NCBI GenBank assembly: GCA_963847965.1
Contig: CAWKCG010000043.1
Location: forward strand, 258,191-322,190
DNA from: an uncultured Actinomycetes bacterium
Lineage (GTDB): Bacteria > Actinomycetota > Actinomycetes > Streptosporangiales > Streptosporangiaceae
Reading direction: 5' to 3'
Length of the DNA: 64,000 nucleotides
The number at the start of each line of letters is the position of its first letter. Positions within the stretch are counted from its first letter, which is position 1. This document shows positions 25,666-33,465 of the stretch, piece after piece. The notes below the pieces were generated by a model. That model saw only the letters and a program-made list of their open reading frames with translations, searched no databases and had not been told where the DNA came from. The position numbers were made by a program, and so were the translations under genes.

Positions 25666-26169
25666 ATGAAGCCCACCCGCATCGCCGGCGCGATCACCGC
25701 CACCGCCGCCGCCATCGCCATCCTCTCCGGGTGCGGCCTCACCCACCACACCGCCGCCATCCCAGCCCACCCCGCCACTCCGCACCAGGCCCGCACCGCC
25801 GCCCAGGCCATCCGCCCCGTCAACCCGGCCCTAGCCTGGCTCGACTCGGCCGGCGGCCAGGCCCAGGTCACCTTCAACCAGGACGTCGACCTGCTGGCCG
25901 GCGACCTGATCATCGAGAACCAGGCCGACGGCACCGCCAACCACCTGGCCTTCGAAGCCGACGCCCGCGCCGTCCGCGCCCAGGCCCGCGCCATCCTGGC
26001 CGACCCCGCCCTGCTCCCCGCCGTCCACCGCGCCGCCTACCAGGCCATGCTGAACGACTTCATCACCGTCGCCGACATGCTCCAGCCGGGCCTGGACTAC
26101 GGCACCACCGCCCAGGACTACACCGCCTGGTACACCGCCCTCCGCGCCACCAACATCACCGTCTCCTGA
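25666..26169 (+). CDS. putative lipoprotein, function unknown
   Basis: MKPTRIAGAITATAAAIAILSGC lipobox. GGAAGGGA lies upstream of ATG 25666. The longer track ORF from 25408 is not needed. Confidence 0.6.
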   Translation: MKPTRIAGAITATAAAIAILSGCGLTHHTAAIPAHPATPHQARTAAQAIRPVNPALAWLDSAGGQAQVTFNQDVDLLAGDLIIENQADGTANHLAFEADARAVRAQARAILADPALLPAVHRAAYQAMLNDFITVADMLQPGLDYGTTAQDYTAWYTALRATNITVS

Positions 26170-26184
26170 ACGGTTCAGAGACAC

Positions 26185-26211
26185 GAAATGGCCGGTCCTG
26201 CCGGCCATTTC
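26185..26211. terminator. perfect 11-bp stem hairpin between convergent genes
   Basis: GAAATGGCCGG-tcctg-CCGGCCATTTC. Confidence 0.55.
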
Positions 26212-26232
26212 GCATGTCTGCCGGTTCTGGAC

Positions 26233-26910
26233 TTACACGGCCCACTCAAGGCGACGGCGCAGAGGCGCACCAGGCAGTTGCGGGCTGGGATCACGGCCGC
26301 GCGTGGCTTCGGCGGTGTACGGATCACCAGGATCGATCGGCGGGAACGGCCCCGCGGGGCCCGCCGACCGCGGGCGCTGGGATGCCTGACCATCCGGGCC
26401 CGATCCCGGCCGCGTCGGGAACCGCCCGTGGGAGCGCTTGCGGTGGCGAGACTCGATCATCAGGACCGCGCCTACGACCGAGCCTACGAATGCAGAGGCC
26501 GCGGCCGCGAGCATCACGATGAATACCGCCATGACCACGCCGGCCACGGGCTGGCCGAGCGCCACCGCCGTAACGCTGACCCCGAAAATCATTGCCGCGA
26601 TCGCGCCGACGCCGGACTTGACCGGCCTGCTCGCTGCCCAGCTCACCGGCCGCGGCGCCGGGGCGGGTGGCAGCGGCTTGGCTAGGTTCGAGCCGGCCGG
26701 GATGTCGGCGGTGACCTCAGCCAGTTCGTCATAGGTCCGCGCCGCGAGCGTTCGGCCCACCCGCGCGTCCAGTTCGTCCTTGGTCAGGCGGCCCTGCACG
26801 AAGGCGGTCTTGAGGGTGTCGATGACCAGGTTGCGGTCGGCGTGCGACGCCCGCAGGGAGCCACGGCGTGCCTCAGGTCCCACCATCTCGCCTTCCGCGC
26901 CCGACATCAT
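26233..26910 (-). CDS. DUF1707 (SHOCT-like) domain membrane protein
   Basis: LRASHADRNLVIDTLKTAFVQGRLTKDELDARVGRTLAARTYDELAEVTADIP followed by two hydrophobic helices. Confidence 0.75.
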   Translation of the reverse strand: MMSGAEGEMVGPEARRGSLRASHADRNLVIDTLKTAFVQGRLTKDELDARVGRTLAARTYDELAEVTADIPAGSNLAKPLPPAPAPRPVSWAASRPVKSGVGAIAAMIFGVSVTAVALGQPVAGVVMAVFIVMLAAAASAFVGSVVGAVLMIESRHRKRSHGRFPTRPGSGPDGQASQRPRSAGPAGPFPPIDPGDPYTAEATRGRDPSPQLPGAPLRRRLEWAV

Positions 26911-27026
26911 CGACGCCTCCTCACCAAGACGATGCTGGCACAGGTAGCGCGCCCGGCACTACACGCTGACCGAAGGCGAGCGTGGCCGGCCTCTGGCTAC
27001 CGCCTTGACCTCGGCTGACCTGCGCC

Positions 27027-27063
27027 GTGACGTCTTGACAACCCTACGTATTCAAGACGTCAC
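27027..27063. promoter_or_regulatory. perfect 12-bp inverted repeat (candidate operator) in a divergent intergenic region
   Basis: GTGACGTCTTGA-13 nt-TCAAGACGTCAC. It embeds TTGACA. TAGAGT lies at 27071-27076. Confidence 0.4.
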
Positions 27064-27156
27064 AGCCTGCTAGAGTGCTCAGCCGGGGGGACGGCCCGCA
27101 GATCTCAGCGTCCCACCATCTCGCGATTACGCGAAGACACTAGATCGGAGGATGCG

Positions 27157-28065
27157 ATGCGAAGATTGCTGCGGTTGACCGCGATAACGCCGCTGGTTCT
27201 GGCGACTGTCATTACGGGAGCCACTGCAGCGGCAGCCGGTGAGGCTTATCCGCAAGGCAACACATGCAGCGGCACGACGGGGTCACCGGGCGTGCTGGCC
27301 GGTTTCTACGCCGGCAATGTGGTCGTCACCGGCGTCTGCGACGTCGACGGCGGCGCGGCGCTGATCACCGGAAACCTGACTCTTGCGCCCGGCTCGGCCC
27401 TGAACGCCACATTTGCGCTCAACGACGTGGCCGGGAAGGGAAAGTCCAGCCTGACCGTCTTCGGTAACGTCAGCGTGGGATCCGGCGCGGTCATGGCCAT
27501 GGGCTGCGAACCGAACTACTTCCCCTGCTCAGACGACCCGAACGCCGGCACCGGTGGCACACTGACCAGCCAGGACCACGTTAACGGTTACGTCGAGGCG
27601 AGTCAGGCACTGACCGTCATCATCCATGCCACCACGATCAGCGGGAGCCTGACCTACAGCGGCGGAGGCGGCGGCCTGAGCTGCGACGTCCCCGTCAGCG
27701 GGATCTTGGCGCCCCCGGCCTTGGACTCCCCGCCATACTTTGACGCCGAGGACAACACCGTCGGCGGCAACCTCTCCATCACCGGACTCCAGACCTGCTG
27801 GATGGGGGCGCTGCGCAACCACGTGCGGGGGGACCTCGTCGACTCGAACAACACGATGGGCGACCCTGACGGGGATGAGGTACTGGCCAATGTCGTCAGC
27901 GGTGGCATCGCCTGCTTCAGCAACAGCCCGGCGGTGCAATACGGCGACTCCGATAGTTCCCCGAATCAGGTACGGGGCGCCGCGTCCGGCGAGTGCGCTT
28001 TCAACGTGAAGCAGCCGGACCCGGCTCCCTCAGGAACGCCGGAGCCGATCTCCGTCAAGAGCTGA
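27157..28065 (+). CDS. secreted Gly/Asn/Cys-containing protein, function unknown (possible beta-helix)
   Basis: Signal peptide MRRLLRLTAITPLVLATVITGATAAAAG. Repetitive G-N-(L/V)-(S/T)-(L/V/I) segments. Followed by an intrinsic terminator. Confidence 0.6.
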   Translation: MRRLLRLTAITPLVLATVITGATAAAAGEAYPQGNTCSGTTGSPGVLAGFYAGNVVVTGVCDVDGGAALITGNLTLAPGSALNATFALNDVAGKGKSSLTVFGNVSVGSGAVMAMGCEPNYFPCSDDPNAGTGGTLTSQDHVNGYVEASQALTVIIHATTISGSLTYSGGGGGLSCDVPVSGILAPPALDSPPYFDAEDNTVGGNLSITGLQTCWMGALRNHVRGDLVDSNNTMGDPDGDEVLANVVSGGIACFSNSPAVQYGDSDSSPNQVRGAASGECAFNVKQPDPAPSGTPEPISVKS

Positions 28066-28078
28066 CCTGCATACCGAA

Positions 28079-28116
28079 CGCTGGGCCACCCCCGAAGGGT
28101 GGCCCAGCGGCTTTTT
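28079..28116 (+). terminator. intrinsic terminator
   Basis: 13-bp GC-rich stem (cgCTGGGCCACCC-ccgaa-GGGTGGCCCAGcg) followed by gcTTTTT. Confidence 0.7.
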
Positions 28117-28141
28117 GGCCTTAGGCGTGAAACTGGTGGTG

Positions 28142-28214
28142 AGCCCCGTCACGGATTCGAACCGTGCACCTTTCCCTTACGAGGGGAATGCTCTGCCGAA
28201 TGAGCTAACGGGGC
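28142..28214 (-). tRNA. tRNA-Thr (anticodon CGT)
   Basis: Folded by hand. Acceptor GCCCCGT/ACGGGGC; D arm GCTC/GAGC; anticodon stem TTCCC/GGGAA with loop CTCGTAA; T arm CACGG-TTCGAAT-CCGTG; 73 nt; CCA not encoded. Confidence 0.9.
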
Positions 28215-28328
28215 ATGGCGCCGCCCAGCGTACCTGAAGGTTCGCCGAGGGCGCCCCGCGCGCCCCACTGGACGACCCGGTGAGTCTACCGGATCGGCAG
28301 GCGGCGCGGACGCCGTACCATCCTCAGC

Positions 28329-28748
28329 GTGAAGCTTCCCGAGGACGACGCGCGCACCCGGTTCGCCACCGCCGCCGTGGCGCGCCTGGGGACCGCCGAC
28401 GCCCAGGGGCGACCCCATGTTGTCGTGGTCACTTTCGCGGTCGACGGTGACGTCATCTACACGGCGGTCGACCAGAAGCCGAAGTCCGGCACCAACCTCA
28501 AGCGGCTGCGCAACGTCGCCGAGAACCCGCGGGTCACCGTGCTCACCGACCACTACTCCGACGACTGGGACACGCTCTGGTGGGTCCGCGCCGACGGCAG
28601 GGCGGAAATACTGACCGATCCACCCCGGATGGCCGCGCCGCTGAACCTGCTGGCCAGCCGCTACCGGCAGTACCGCCAGGCACCGCCCACCGGTCCCGTG
28701 ATAGCGGTCACCGTCGAACGGTGGTCGGGCTGGGCCGCAGCACTCTAG
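28329..28748 (+). CDS. PPOX-class F420-dependent oxidoreductase (TIGR03668-like)
   Basis: ARLGTADAQGRPHVVVVTFAVDGDVIYTAVDQKPK...LKRLRNVAENPRVTVLTDHYSDDWDTLWWVRADG. Confidence 0.8.
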   Translation: MKLPEDDARTRFATAAVARLGTADAQGRPHVVVVTFAVDGDVIYTAVDQKPKSGTNLKRLRNVAENPRVTVLTDHYSDDWDTLWWVRADGRAEILTDPPRMAAPLNLLASRYRQYRQAPPTGPVIAVTVERWSGWAAAL

Positions 28749-28966
28749 ATAGCGACAACGGGGGGCTGGGGGCACGAGGCTACAGACACGGGGCTGACCA
28801 GAAAGTTACCGAACGTAACCGGGCGCGCACCCGCGTGCGGACGCCGACGAAGGTGAGGGGGCCCCGGCGGACGGCGACCCAAGCCGTTGGTGACAATTAG
28901 TGATCACATCTTAACAATGGGTATAACAGCGGGGACTAGGTGTGATTGTCGGGGGAAGAGGTAGCG

Positions 28967-31408
28967 ATGGCGCTTGAAACCCGGGATGTGTCGACGGGGC
29001 TGCGGGCCGAGTTTCCGGACGCGCTGCGGAGCGGGCAGCTGGTGGCCTATTTTCAGCCCGAGTTCGATCTGTCGTCCGGCCAGGTAGTGGCGGCGGAAGC
29101 GCTGGCCCGATGGGAGCACCCCGAACTCGGCACCGTGGGACCCGACGTGTTCGTCCCCATCGCCGAGCAACTGCGACTGACCAGCGAGCTTACCCGCCTG
29201 ATGCTCGGGCTGTCGCTCGCGCAGCACCGGGCCTGGGTCGCCGGCGGGTGGAACATCCCTGTCTCGGTCAACGTCGGGCCTGGTTGCGTGAGCGATCCCG
29301 GATTCCCCGCCGTCATCGGGGGGGTGCTGCGGAGCGAGCGGGTACCCGGCCGCATGCTCATCCTCGAGGTGAGTGAGCAGACCGGGACCTCCGTCGTGAG
29401 CGCGAGCTTCTTCGCGCAGCTCACCGAGCTCGGCGTCCGCGTCTCGCTGGACGACTTCGGCACGGGCTTCGCCTCGCTGGAGAGCCTCGGCGGCTGGCCG
29501 ATCGATGAGCTCAAGCTCGACATGTCGCTGGTGCGGCCGATAGTGAGCAGCTCGAGCTTCCGGGCGATCGTCGGCCACACCATCGATCTCGCCCATCAGC
29601 TCGGAGTCAAGGTCGTGGCCGAGGGAGTCGAGTCCGAGGGCGTCTGGTCCGAACTGCAGGCCCTTGGCTGTGACGTCGCGCAGGGCTTCCTGCTCGGGCG
29701 GCCGATGCCAGCCGACGTGTTCGCGGAATGGCTGCGTCACAGGGAACGGCTCGCGCACCGACGGCGCGTGCCAGGCCAGCCCAACCTACGGTCGGCTACC
29801 GGCGCGGCGGTCGCCGAACGCGCCGACGCGCAGCCGGTCGGCGCCTACCGGCGACTGACCCGCGCGAGCCGCAGCGTCGCGGACCGGGTGGGCGGTCCCA
29901 CGCTTGCCGCCGCCGCCACGATGCTCGTCGGCTACGGACTGTGGCAGGTGTTCCGCTGGGGCGGTCGTCAGCATCAGGCACTGATCGGCGATCTCGCCTT
30001 CTTCCCGGTGAACGGGGCGGCGGCCCTGTGGGCCTGGCGGGTATCCCTGCGCAGGGCTTTCGGGGCGCCGACCTGCCGGGCGTGGCGCCTGCTGTCCGTC
30101 GCCCTCTGGCTGTTCCTACTCGGTGACGGGCTGCAGCTCATCTACGAGTGCGTGCTACACAAGAGGGCCTACCCGACCTGGGCCGACGCCGCGTACCTGA
30201 GCTTCTACGTCGTCGCCCTATTCGGCATCCTCTCCTTCCCGGCCCGGCGCCGGAACCGGCGAGAGCGGTTCCGTGCCCTGCTCGACATGGGGACCGTGTT
30301 CACCGGCGGAGTCACGCTCATCTGGTACGTGGCGCTCGGGCCGGCGGTGGCCTCCGCGACCGGCGGCTTCGACCTGGCCAACCTGGTGACCTTCGCCTAC
30401 CCGGTCGGTGACCTGCTGCTGTTGTTCGGGGTGCTGTCGCTGCTGTGGCGCGGAGTCCCGCGCCTGAGCGTGGGGTCGCTGCGGATCCTCGCGTGCGGCC
30501 TGGTGGTGTTCATCGCGGCCGACGTCTCCTACGACTACATCACGGTGAACTCGGGCTACCTCGGCGGCGACCCGGTCGACACGCTGTGGATCGTGGCGCT
30601 GATCATCCTGTTCGTGGCGGCCGGATACCAGCTGCGCGTCAAGCCGGCCGGGGAGTTCGCACTGCCAGCGAGGGCTCCGGCGACGCGTCCCAGCATCCTG
30701 CCTTTCCTCGCGGTCGCGGCCAGCTACCTCCTGCTCACCATCGTGGGCCTGAAGAATGTCAGCTTCAACCCGCTGGGAGGCGTCCTGATCGGCGCGGTGG
30801 TGCTGACGATCCTGGTCAGCGTGCGGCAGTTCGCCGCCTTGCGCGATAACAACCGGCTCGCGGTCCGGTACCAGGAACTCGCTTCGATCGACGGGATGAC
30901 TGGCCTGTACAACAGGCGCTACTTCATGGACGTGGCCGAGGGCGCCTTCGCGCATGCGCAGTGGTTCAGCCAGCCTCTCGTCGCGCTGATGATCGACGTA
31001 GACCACTTCAAGGAGATCAACGACGTATACGGCCATGCCGTGGGCGACAGGGTGCTCGCTGACCTGGCCCAGTCCTGCCGTGAGCACGTCCGGCCTGACG
31101 ATATCGCAGGGCGTTACGGCGGCGACGAGTTCATCATCATGATCGCGGGGACCACCGGCCTCCGGGCGACCCAGATCGCGGCCAGGCTGACCGCGGCGCA
31201 CGTGACCGCCAGCGACGGGACGCCGGTGCCCTTCACGGTCAGCATCGGTATCGCGGAATCCGCCGCATGCCGTGACCTACCGAGCCAGTTGGCCCGCGCT
31301 GACCTGGCCATGTACGAGGCGAAGCGGGCGGGCGGAGGCTGCTGGCGCGTCTTCGAGGGCACCGAACCAGGGCCGGATCCTATTCTCCCGGCCCCTCGGT
31401 CACACTGA
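28967..31408 (+). CDS. c-di-GMP protein with the order EAL, polytopic membrane region, GGDEF
   Basis: EAL-domain residues AAEALARWE, VSVNV, LILEVSE, DDFGTGFASL, ELKLD, AEGVES and QGFLLGRP. About 8-10 helices follow. GGDEF-domain residues DVDHFKEINDVYGH and RPDDIAGRYGGDEF (I-site RxxD plus GGDEF). ATG 28967 follows GGAAGAGG. Confidence 0.85.
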   Translation: MALETRDVSTGLRAEFPDALRSGQLVAYFQPEFDLSSGQVVAAEALARWEHPELGTVGPDVFVPIAEQLRLTSELTRLMLGLSLAQHRAWVAGGWNIPVSVNVGPGCVSDPGFPAVIGGVLRSERVPGRMLILEVSEQTGTSVVSASFFAQLTELGVRVSLDDFGTGFASLESLGGWPIDELKLDMSLVRPIVSSSSFRAIVGHTIDLAHQLGVKVVAEGVESEGVWSELQALGCDVAQGFLLGRPMPADVFAEWLRHRERLAHRRRVPGQPNLRSATGAAVAERADAQPVGAYRRLTRASRSVADRVGGPTLAAAATMLVGYGLWQVFRWGGRQHQALIGDLAFFPVNGAAALWAWRVSLRRAFGAPTCRAWRLLSVALWLFLLGDGLQLIYECVLHKRAYPTWADAAYLSFYVVALFGILSFPARRRNRRERFRALLDMGTVFTGGVTLIWYVALGPAVASATGGFDLANLVTFAYPVGDLLLLFGVLSLLWRGVPRLSVGSLRILACGLVVFIAADVSYDYITVNSGYLGGDPVDTLWIVALIILFVAAGYQLRVKPAGEFALPARAPATRPSILPFLAVAASYLLLTIVGLKNVSFNPLGGVLIGAVVLTILVSVRQFAALRDNNRLAVRYQELASIDGMTGLYNRRYFMDVAEGAFAHAQWFSQPLVALMIDVDHFKEINDVYGHAVGDRVLADLAQSCREHVRPDDIAGRYGGDEFIIMIAGTTGLRATQIAARLTAAHVTASDGTPVPFTVSIGIAESAACRDLPSQLARADLAMYEAKRAGGGCWRVFEGTEPGPDPILPAPRSH

Positions 31409-32257
31409 CCTCGAGTCCGCTCCGCCCGACCTCGCCGTGCCGTGCATCTCCTCGTAGGCCTGGCGCGACCCGCACACGCTGGCCTTCGGGCACGCGCACG
31501 CCCGCCCGTCCGCGGAAAGCTTCACCACCACCGTGTCCGAGGGCACGTTGTGCCCCACGACCGTCCCCGGCCCGGCCGGCGAGGTGACCGCCGAACCTAT
31601 CGGAGGTGCGTCCTTCCGGAATTCCTGGTACAGCGGATGCTCGTACTTCAGGCAGCACATGAGCCGGCCGCACGCCCCGGCGATCCGCAGCGGGTTCACC
31701 GGCAGGTCCTGGTCCTTGGCCATCCGGACCGACACCGGCTCGAAGTCCTTCAGGAACGTGGCGCAGCACAGGTCGCGCCCGCAGGGCCCGATCCCGCCCT
31801 GCAGCCGCGCCTCGTCCCGCGGGCCGATCTGCCGCAGTTCCACCCGCGCCCTCAGCCGCCCGCCTAGGTCCCGGACCAGGGCGCGGAAGTCCACCCGGTG
31901 CGGCGCGCTGAAGTAGACGACGAATACGTTCTCGGACCAGAGGTAGTCGACCGCGGTGACCTTCATCGGCAGCCCGTGCTCCCGGATCAGCCTGCGCGCG
32001 GCCAGTCGCCCCTCCGCTCGCCGGCGGCGGTTCTCCTCGTCACGGGCCAGGTCGTCCTCCCTCGCCAGCCCCTCGCACACCGGCAGCCCGCCAATGTCCT
32101 CCGGCACCCATTGCGGCGCCCACACGCACTCGGCCACCTCGGGCCCGGAGTCGGTGGGCACGAGCACCTTGTCGCCGATCGCCGGCAAATGCGCGCCCGG
32201 GTCGAGGTAGTACAGCCGCCCGTACCGCTCGAAACTGACCGCCATCATCATGCCCAC
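31400..32257 (-). CDS. PSP1-domain protein (RicT/YaaT-like)
   Basis: FERYGRLYYLDPG...CGRDLCCATFL...CGRLMCCLKYE. Conserved position downstream of holB. Confidence 0.85.
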   Translation of the reverse strand: MGMMMAVSFERYGRLYYLDPGAHLPAIGDKVLVPTDSGPEVAECVWAPQWVPEDIGGLPVCEGLAREDDLARDEENRRRRAEGRLAARRLIREHGLPMKVTAVDYLWSENVFVVYFSAPHRVDFRALVRDLGGRLRARVELRQIGPRDEARLQGGIGPCGRDLCCATFLKDFEPVSVRMAKDQDLPVNPLRIAGACGRLMCCLKYEHPLYQEFRKDAPPIGSAVTSPAGPGTVVGHNVPSDTVVVKLSADGRACACPKASVCGSRQAYEEMHGTARSGGADSRSV

Positions 32258-32283
32258 AAGGCCAGACTACGTTGCCTGGGAGC

Positions 32284-33465
32284 TCAGCCTTCTACGAGGG
32301 ACAGGGTCATCTCTTCCACAGCCAGCAGCGGGGCCACGTTCAATCCGAGGCGCTCGCGGCAGCGCATGATGGCCTGCATACGGCGCAGGGTCGAATCCGG
32401 CGACGACGAAGAACCCACCTGCCGCAGGTCACCGGCCCGGTCGGAGTTCGCGAGCTCGACGTCGGCGCCTAGCTGCACCATCAGGACGTCGCGGTAGAAC
32501 ACCGCCAGGTCGAGCAGCGCCTGGTCGAGGGTGTCCCGCTTGACCCTGGTGGCGCGCGACTTCTGCCGGTCTTCGAGGTCCTTCATGGCCCCGGCCATGC
32601 CGCGCATCGCCTTGGCCACGCCCTTGCCGGTCGACCCCTCGCCGAACGCCCGGCGCAGCGCCTCCCGCTCAGGCTCGTCCAGTTCCTCGGTGACCGCCCG
32701 GGCCTCCTCCTCGGCCGTCCGCACCAGGGAAGCCGCCAGCGACAGGGCGGAGCCGAGCGACGTAGCAGACAGCGGCACGCGCAGCACCTCGGCACGGCGC
32801 GCCGCCGCGGAGGCGTCCGAAGCCAGGCGCCGGGCGCGGCCCACGTGTCCCTGCGCCGCGCGGGCCGCGGCCAGCGCGGCCTCGGGATCTATGCCATCCC
32901 GCGAAACCAAGACCTGAGCCACCGCCTCCGAGGCCGGGACGACCAGCGGGACCACCCGGCACCGTGACCGGATCGTCGGCACCATGTCCTCGGCCGACGG
33001 CGCGCACAGCAGCCAGACGGTCCGCGGCGTCGGCTCCTCGATCGCCTTGAGCAGCGCGTTCGCCGCCTGCTCGGTGCACCGGTCGGCGTCTTCGAACAGC
33101 ACGACCAGCCAGCGTCCTCCGGTCGGCGCCCCCGCCGCGCGCAGCACAAGCTCCCGAGTCTGCCGGACCCCGTACGACAGCCCCTCGGGCCGGACGAGCA
33201 GCAGGTCGGCGTGCGTCCCGGCGCGCACCTGCCGACAGCACGGACACGAACCGCAGCCGCCGGACGGGCACAAGAGCGCGGCCGCGAAGGCCCGCGCCGC
33301 CACCGACCGACCCGACCCGGGAGGGCCGGTGAACAGCCACGAGTGCGACATCGCGCCCGGCTCAGGCCGGCCCCCGGCCAGCACCAAGGCGGCCCCAGCC
33401 GCGGCGCGCTCCAGCTGCGCGACCACGGCGTCCTGGCCCGCGAGCTCGTCGAACATCCCGCTCAA
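32284..33465 (-). CDS. holB: DNA polymerase III subunit delta'
   Basis: SHSWLFTGPPGSGRS Walker A and a CPSGGCGSCPCC zinc module; 393 aa. Confidence 0.9.
   Translation of the reverse strand: MSGMFDELAGQDAVVAQLERAAAGAALVLAGGRPEPGAMSHSWLFTGPPGSGRSVAARAFAAALLCPSGGCGSCPCCRQVRAGTHADLLLVRPEGLSYGVRQTRELVLRAAGAPTGGRWLVVLFEDADRCTEQAANALLKAIEEPTPRTVWLLCAPSAEDMVPTIRSRCRVVPLVVPASEAVAQVLVSRDGIDPEAALAAARAAQGHVGRARRLASDASAAARRAEVLRVPLSATSLGSALSLAASLVRTAEEEARAVTEELDEPEREALRRAFGEGSTGKGVAKAMRGMAGAMKDLEDRQKSRATRVKRDTLDQALLDLAVFYRDVLMVQLGADVELANSDRAGDLRQVGSSSSPDSTLRRMQAIMRCRERLGLNVAPLLAVEEMTLSLVEG

Noticed and set aside
25731-26522. Pro/Arg-rich 263-aa ORF
   Set aside because: It is an alternative frame of the lipoprotein gene and of the opposite-strand DUF1707 gene, and it crosses a strong hairpin terminator.
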